64,000 nucleotides of DNA, from NCBI GenBank assembly GCA_902591565.1, contig CACJBC010000001.1:132758-196757 (forward strand). The letters run 5' to 3'. Below, piece after piece: positions 60,454 to 64,000 of the stretch. Each line of letters opens with the position of its first letter. Positions within the stretch are counted from its first letter, which is position 1. The DNA comes from an uncultured SAR86 cluster bacterium. Lineage in GTDB: Bacteria; Pseudomonadota; Gammaproteobacteria; Magnimaribacterales; D2472. Both the position numbers and the translations under genes were made by a program. The notes beneath the pieces were generated by a model that was not told where the DNA came from, searched no databases, and saw only the letters and a program-made list of their open reading frames with translations.

Positions 60454-60968
60454 ATATATTAAATGAAGCACTAGATGTTTTTGGAGACTCTGTTATCAAA
60501 ATGCATGAATTTATTTTTGATCAAACCGATCATAATGATTTTTGGGCATTTATTAAAAAGCAAAATAAAAAAGGAGTTTATATTTTTTTGGATATGTCAG
60601 CAGAAGAACCTAAGAATATTATTTATATAGGCAAAGCTGGCAAGCTTGAATTTTCTGAGCGAACTTTATCAGACAGATCAGGTAATTATTTTTATAAACC
60701 TAGCGAAAAATATCCAAAAAATCATATAAATGCAGGAAAAATTATAATGCTTAACACTCCAATTAATAAAGATGGAGATGTTGAGTTTAAAAAATTTAAT
60801 GCAAAAATTGATTCAAATGATCTTATTTTAAAAAAGAAAGATTTTAAGATGGTCACAATACAAATAATCAATCATGAAACAATATCACCAGAATTGCTGG
60901 AATCATATTTGCTAAACACATTACTAAAAGAACACAAACATTACCCCAAATTCAATCATAAAATTTAA
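60450..60968 (+). CDS. GIY-YIG nuclease-like protein (cassette 4)
   Basis: KGVYIF...IIYIGKAG, L..R, LESYLL, PKFN near C-terminus. Confidence 0.7.
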   Translation: MNILNEALDVFGDSVIKMHEFIFDQTDHNDFWAFIKKQNKKGVYIFLDMSAEEPKNIIYIGKAGKLEFSERTLSDRSGNYFYKPSEKYPKNHINAGKIIMLNTPINKDGDVEFKKFNAKIDSNDLILKKKDFKMVTIQIINHETISPELLESYLLNTLLKEHKHYPKFNHKI

Positions 60969-60976
60969 TCCCTTAT

Positions 60977-61123
60977 ATGGACCTATTATTAATTTTATTT
61001 ATTTTTATAATCTTGGTGTTTGCTTTTGTACAATTGGCTTGGGGGGTAATAAAATTTACATGGAAAAACGCAATATTGCTCGCAGCTATTCTTATATTAA
61101 TTATATTCCTGTTAGATTTTTAA
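60977..61123 (+). CDS. 48-aa two-TM microprotein (cassette 4; not in ORF track)
   Basis: MDLLLILFIFIILVFAFVQLAWGVIKFTWKNAILLAAILILIIFLLDF; fills the gap between neighbours (8 bp and 1 bp spacing). Confidence 0.6.
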   Translation: MDLLLILFIFIILVFAFVQLAWGVIKFTWKNAILLAAILILIIFLLDF

Positions 61124-61124
61124 T

Positions 61125-61562
61125 ATGAATAATTGGCTTGTAGATTTTAAAAAAAAGACACAATTAGAACACCAAACCCTGTATAGATTTTATACCAGAG
61201 AGTATGAATCACTAGATGACGTTTTGTATGATCTTAATGATTATCTTCAAATAGCCTATGGCGGTAAAAGGTTTGAGGAACAAAAAGAGCTTTTTATTAA
61301 TAGTCTTTGTGAAGAAAACGACTTAAGCAATTTAAAGGATCAGTTCAAAGAATACATCATTGATTTTTTTCTAAACTCTTGCAAAGAAATAAATCTAAAA
61401 AAACTAATAAATAACGAAGACTATTTAAGAGACAATGATTTGCTTAATGAGGAGGGGATGGACTCAAACTTAGACCGACATACTATTGTTACCGCAAATA
61501 TAGTAGATTTTATGATTCTAGCTATTGAAAATTGGTATCATGAAAGGACAAAAGATGAGTAA
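61125..61562 (+). CDS. acidic hypothetical protein (cassette 4)
   Basis: 145-aa ORF; no family recognised. Confidence 0.65.
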   Translation: MNNWLVDFKKKTQLEHQTLYRFYTREYESLDDVLYDLNDYLQIAYGGKRFEEQKELFINSLCEENDLSNLKDQFKEYIIDFFLNSCKEINLKKLINNEDYLRDNDLLNEEGMDSNLDRHTIVTANIVDFMILAIENWYHERTKDE

Positions 61563-61592
61563 TTCAAGCAACCAAACTCTAATACCTTCAGA

Positions 61593-61614
61593 CTCCACAG
61601 AAATAGTGGAGAAC
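61593..61614 (+). repeat. possible degenerate glmS 3'-end copy 4 / hairpin
   Basis: CTCC ACA GAA ATA GTG GAG AAC; TCCAC...GTGGAG layout as at copy 1, at a gene boundary; stop lost. Confidence 0.45.
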
Positions 61615-61633
61615 AAAAGACCTATCTCCTTAA

Positions 61634-62422
61634 TTAGTCAAATGTGAAAATTACCATTTTGTGGTTTTTTGTAGGATAGTTTTCAAGTCCTGAAAGTGGA
61701 ACTTTTACGAATTTTGGGTTAGAGCGGAATAAGAAATTTGGTTTGAAAATATGAGCATAGCCGTAGCCTTGAGCGGCTAAAAAGGACAGTATCGCGTCAG
61801 TTTTGGCCTTGTCTTTTTTGACATGAAATTCTATAACTAACATTGGTTGATGTTTTTGCAGAGTTTCAGTTGCCCCTTGAAGAGCTTTGAGTTCATAACC
61901 TTCTACGTCTATCTTAATGAAGCTAATAGGTCGTTGTGCTTTGTTTTGCAAGTATTCATCTAAAGCTATGACAGAGAACTCAGTATTTGCTTCTGAAGGA
62001 TCTGTTATTTGCGCACCGCCTAAGTTCAAATCATTTACTTTTGCTGGCAACATATCGGTTTGGTCACTAAGCCCAAGATTAACTGCAGTAATATTGTCTG
62101 CAAGTTCAGCGTTAATTGCCAATAACTGGAAGGTTTTATGGTTGGGTTCAAAGCTGATGACTTGTTCAAAAAAGCCGGAAAAAAAGACGGCATGATTACC
62201 TATATTGCCTCCAATATCTAAACAGATTTCCCGAGGGTTAGGTTCGGACATTAAAAAGGACTTTAGAGCTATTAGTTCGTTACGTTCAAAAATACCGTCG
62301 ATCATTATTTTGCGCGATATGATGTCATGAGAAAAGCAGGCTACTTGGGGGTAATCCTTTACGTTTCTCTGAGCAGCTTTTTCTAGGCCAAATTTCAAAA
62401 TTTGACGCATTACTATATTCAT
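61634..62422 (-). CDS. FkbM-family SAM methyltransferase (cassette 5)
   Basis: LDIGGNIGNH, FEPN, FIKIDVEGYE..AL.G, P.L.IE; start moved to MNIV. Confidence 0.9.
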   Translation of the reverse strand: MNIVMRQILKFGLEKAAQRNVKDYPQVACFSHDIISRKIMIDGIFERNELIALKSFLMSEPNPREICLDIGGNIGNHAVFFSGFFEQVISFEPNHKTFQLLAINAELADNITAVNLGLSDQTDMLPAKVNDLNLGGAQITDPSEANTEFSVIALDEYLQNKAQRPISFIKIDVEGYELKALQGATETLQKHQPMLVIEFHVKKDKAKTDAILSFLAAQGYGYAHIFKPNFLFRSNPKFVKVPLSGLENYPTKNHKMVIFTFD

Positions 62423-62486
62423 GTATCTATGATGGGCAATTTTTAAACATAACACAAGCTGAGGCAATCACAATATCTACTTTCTC

Positions 62487-62506
62487 TCCACCCTGAGGTA
62501 GAATAA
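62487..62506 (+). repeat. degenerate glmS 3'-end copy 5 (..EVE-stop)
   Basis: TCCAC CCTGAG GTA GAA TAA vs copy 1 TCCAC TCTGTTACG GTC GAG TAA. Confidence 0.6.
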
Positions 62507-62551
62507 AGAAAGATTTTCAGGTTGGCCGCAAATAATATTAAGATTTGAATC

Positions 62552-62746
62552 ATGATTTGTATTAAGACAGAAATCCCAAAAGAAATCTGTGAAATAGATG
62601 ATGAATTAAAAGCAATCTATCACTCACAGGACACTGTTTGTATATGGGTCTTCAAATCTAGAGAAGATAGAAACAATTTTATGAACAATACGGTTGGTAT
62701 GAATAAAGAAGATAGAGAAAAATATTTTTCAAACAATTATGGATAA
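62552..62746 (+). CDS. 64-aa hypothetical protein (cassette 6)
   Basis: Single ORF filling the interval between two site copies. Confidence 0.7.
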   Translation: MICIKTEIPKEICEIDDELKAIYHSQDTVCIWVFKSREDRNNFMNNTVGMNKEDREKYFSNNYG

Positions 62747-62772
62747 AAAATCAAATCACTGTTCAAACCTAA

Positions 62773-62790
62773 TCAGTCAGGGTGGAATAG
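62773..62790 (+). repeat. glmS 3'-end copy 6 (SVRVE-stop)
   Basis: TCA GTC AGG GTG GAA TAG; preceded by CACTGTTC at the same distance as at copy 2. Confidence 0.82.
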
Positions 62791-62803
62791 TTTTGAGTGA
62801 TAA

Positions 62804-63076
62804 ATGAGACAATTAATACGAACACTCATTAAGATTTTTAAGATTATCTGTGCTCTTTATTTAACGATATTTTCTATTGGATTTTTTTTCCCAACACACA
62901 TTAGAGAAAATGCAATTTCTGTGTACGATTCACTTTCAACTGCAGAAAATGTTCCCATTGATATATGGGCATCCTTAATAATAACTCTCTCCTTAATTCT
63001 ATTGTTTGGTATAAAAACTCTTCAAAGACTATTTTTAGCAAAGGGAAACATCAAAAAGTTTTGGAATGAAATATAA
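62804..63076 (+). CDS. two-TM hypothetical membrane protein (cassette 7)
   Basis: 90 aa, two hydrophobic segments; starts 13 bp after copy 6. Confidence 0.65.
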   Translation: MRQLIRTLIKIFKIICALYLTIFSIGFFFPTHIRENAISVYDSLSTAENVPIDIWASLIITLSLILLFGIKTLQRLFLAKGNIKKFWNEI

Positions 63077-64000
63077 ATACAATAAAACCTTAAAAGTTCG
63101 ATTAATAATATGGGTTGCAGTGGCGCTTCTAATGACTGCTTGTTTTCAAGATGTTAGCAATGAGCGGCTGATGTTTGTAAGTTCTTTGTTCACAGGTGCA
63201 GAGCAAGATAAAAACTTTAATAGAGCTTATAAAATTTTTCCTACCAGTAAACTTCTGGCATCTAACGAGCCCGCGTCCTTTGAAGTAGCGCAATCCATTG
63301 ATCTTCCCTCTAAGTTTACCTTTAGGGGATCGCTCATTGATGTAGAGGAGTTTCTTTCTCGCACTGGAACCAGCGCTTTACTCATTATTAATGATGGAAA
63401 AATTAGTTACGAAAATTATTGGCTAACAGGTGGAAAAGATGTGAAGTGGATCTCGATGTCTGTGGCTAAAAGCTTTATATCTGCTTTAGTTGGTATTGCA
63501 ATCGAACAAGGTTATATCGATAGTGTTAATGACTCTATAACTCAGTATGTCCCACAACTTAAAAATTCTGCCTATGAAGGCATTCAAATCAAAGACGTAT
63601 TACAGATGTCATCTGGCGCAAGATGGAATGAGGATTATAGTGACCCTGATTCTGATGTAATGCGTTCTGCAAAAATCTTCGCTACCGGTGGATCCTTGGA
63701 TGATTTCTCGGCAAGCCTTACAAATGAATTAAAGCCAGGAACATTTAATCGCTATAATTCTACAGATACCCAAGTTCTAGGTATGCTTTTAAGAGAGGCT
63801 ACTGGAATCTCTGTCACTAAATATATGCAAGAAGTTTTGTGGAATCCCATGGGCGCCGAAAGTAATGCTTATTGGCTTATAGACTCAGAAAATATGGAAA
63901 TGGTTTATGCGGGTTTGAATGCAACAGCTCGAGATTATGCAAAGCTGGGTGAATTATTTAGGCTTAAGGGTAAATTCAATGGCAAACAAATTGTTCCAAG
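63066..64000 (+). CDS. serine hydrolase, beta-lactamase/PBP-like family, probable lipoprotein (3'-truncated; not in ORF track)
   Basis: MKYKYNKTLKVRLIIWVAVALLMTAC lipobox-like; SMSVAKS (SxxK), LQMSSG, RYNSTDTQVLG. Confidence 0.88.
   Translation, partial: MKYKYNKTLKVRLIIWVAVALLMTACFQDVSNERLMFVSSLFTGAEQDKNFNRAYKIFPTSKLLASNEPASFEVAQSIDLPSKFTFRGSLIDVEEFLSRTGTSALLIINDGKISYENYWLTGGKDVKWISMSVAKSFISALVGIAIEQGYIDSVNDSITQYVPQLKNSAYEGIQIKDVLQMSSGARWNEDYSDPDSDVMRSAKIFATGGSLDDFSASLTNELKPGTFNRYNSTDTQVLGMLLREATGISVTKYMQEVLWNPMGAESNAYWLIDSENMEMVYAGLNATARDYAKLGELFRLKGKFNGKQIVP

Larger units (their letters stand above)
58308..64000 (+). mobile_element. putative array of accessory cassettes integrated in tandem at the glmS 3' end (continues past window)
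   Basis: Copies of the last 18 bp of glmS separate unrelated small genes; cassette-specific inverted arms; no recombinase in visible part. Confidence 0.75.

Noticed and set aside
58800-62800. Classical integron attC array
   Set aside because: TAAC/GCGTTA ends at cassette 2 are attC-like, but the complementary arms flank the gene instead of forming one downstream site; no intI seen.
58800-62800. CRISPR array
   Set aside because: Repeats are short, variable and separated by 0.17-1.9 kb gene-containing intervals; no cas genes.

Overview
AT-rich, densely packed chromosome of a streamlined gammaproteobacterium; gene content and order suggest a marine SAR86-like lineage (inference, not verified). 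Bases 1-58325 are core genome around the replication origin: lysA-dapF-xerC, dsbA/cytochrome c4/engB/polA, pckA, gshA, phoX, an aa3-type cytochrome c oxidase cluster, aroE-hemF-tsaC-purE, def-fmt-trkAH, GlyRS, gyrB-recF-dnaN-dnaA, rpmH-rnpA-yidC-mnmE, probable oriC, mnmG-rsmG-parAB, the atp operon, glmU and glmS. The main observation lies downstream of glmS (58308-64000). It is a tandem array of small accessory cassettes (about 0.19-1.9 kb) with no recombinase in view, separated by copies of the last 18 bp of glmS (Ser-Val-Thr-Val-Glu-stop). The nearest copies differ from glmS only at synonymous or stop-preserving positions and distal copies are more degenerate. Most cassettes are also bracketed by their own inverted arms. 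This looks like an integron-like gene-capture array that grows by repeated site-specific integration into the glmS 3' end, and it fits neither Tn7 nor attC logic. Secondary oddities are an alpha2-type GlyRS at the glyQ/glyS position next to a decayed 185-bp tandem duplication, a strong and apparently reversed local base skew centred on the probable oriC, a short GyrB, a Coq4-like protein, and a PhoX with a KR-type Tat signal.
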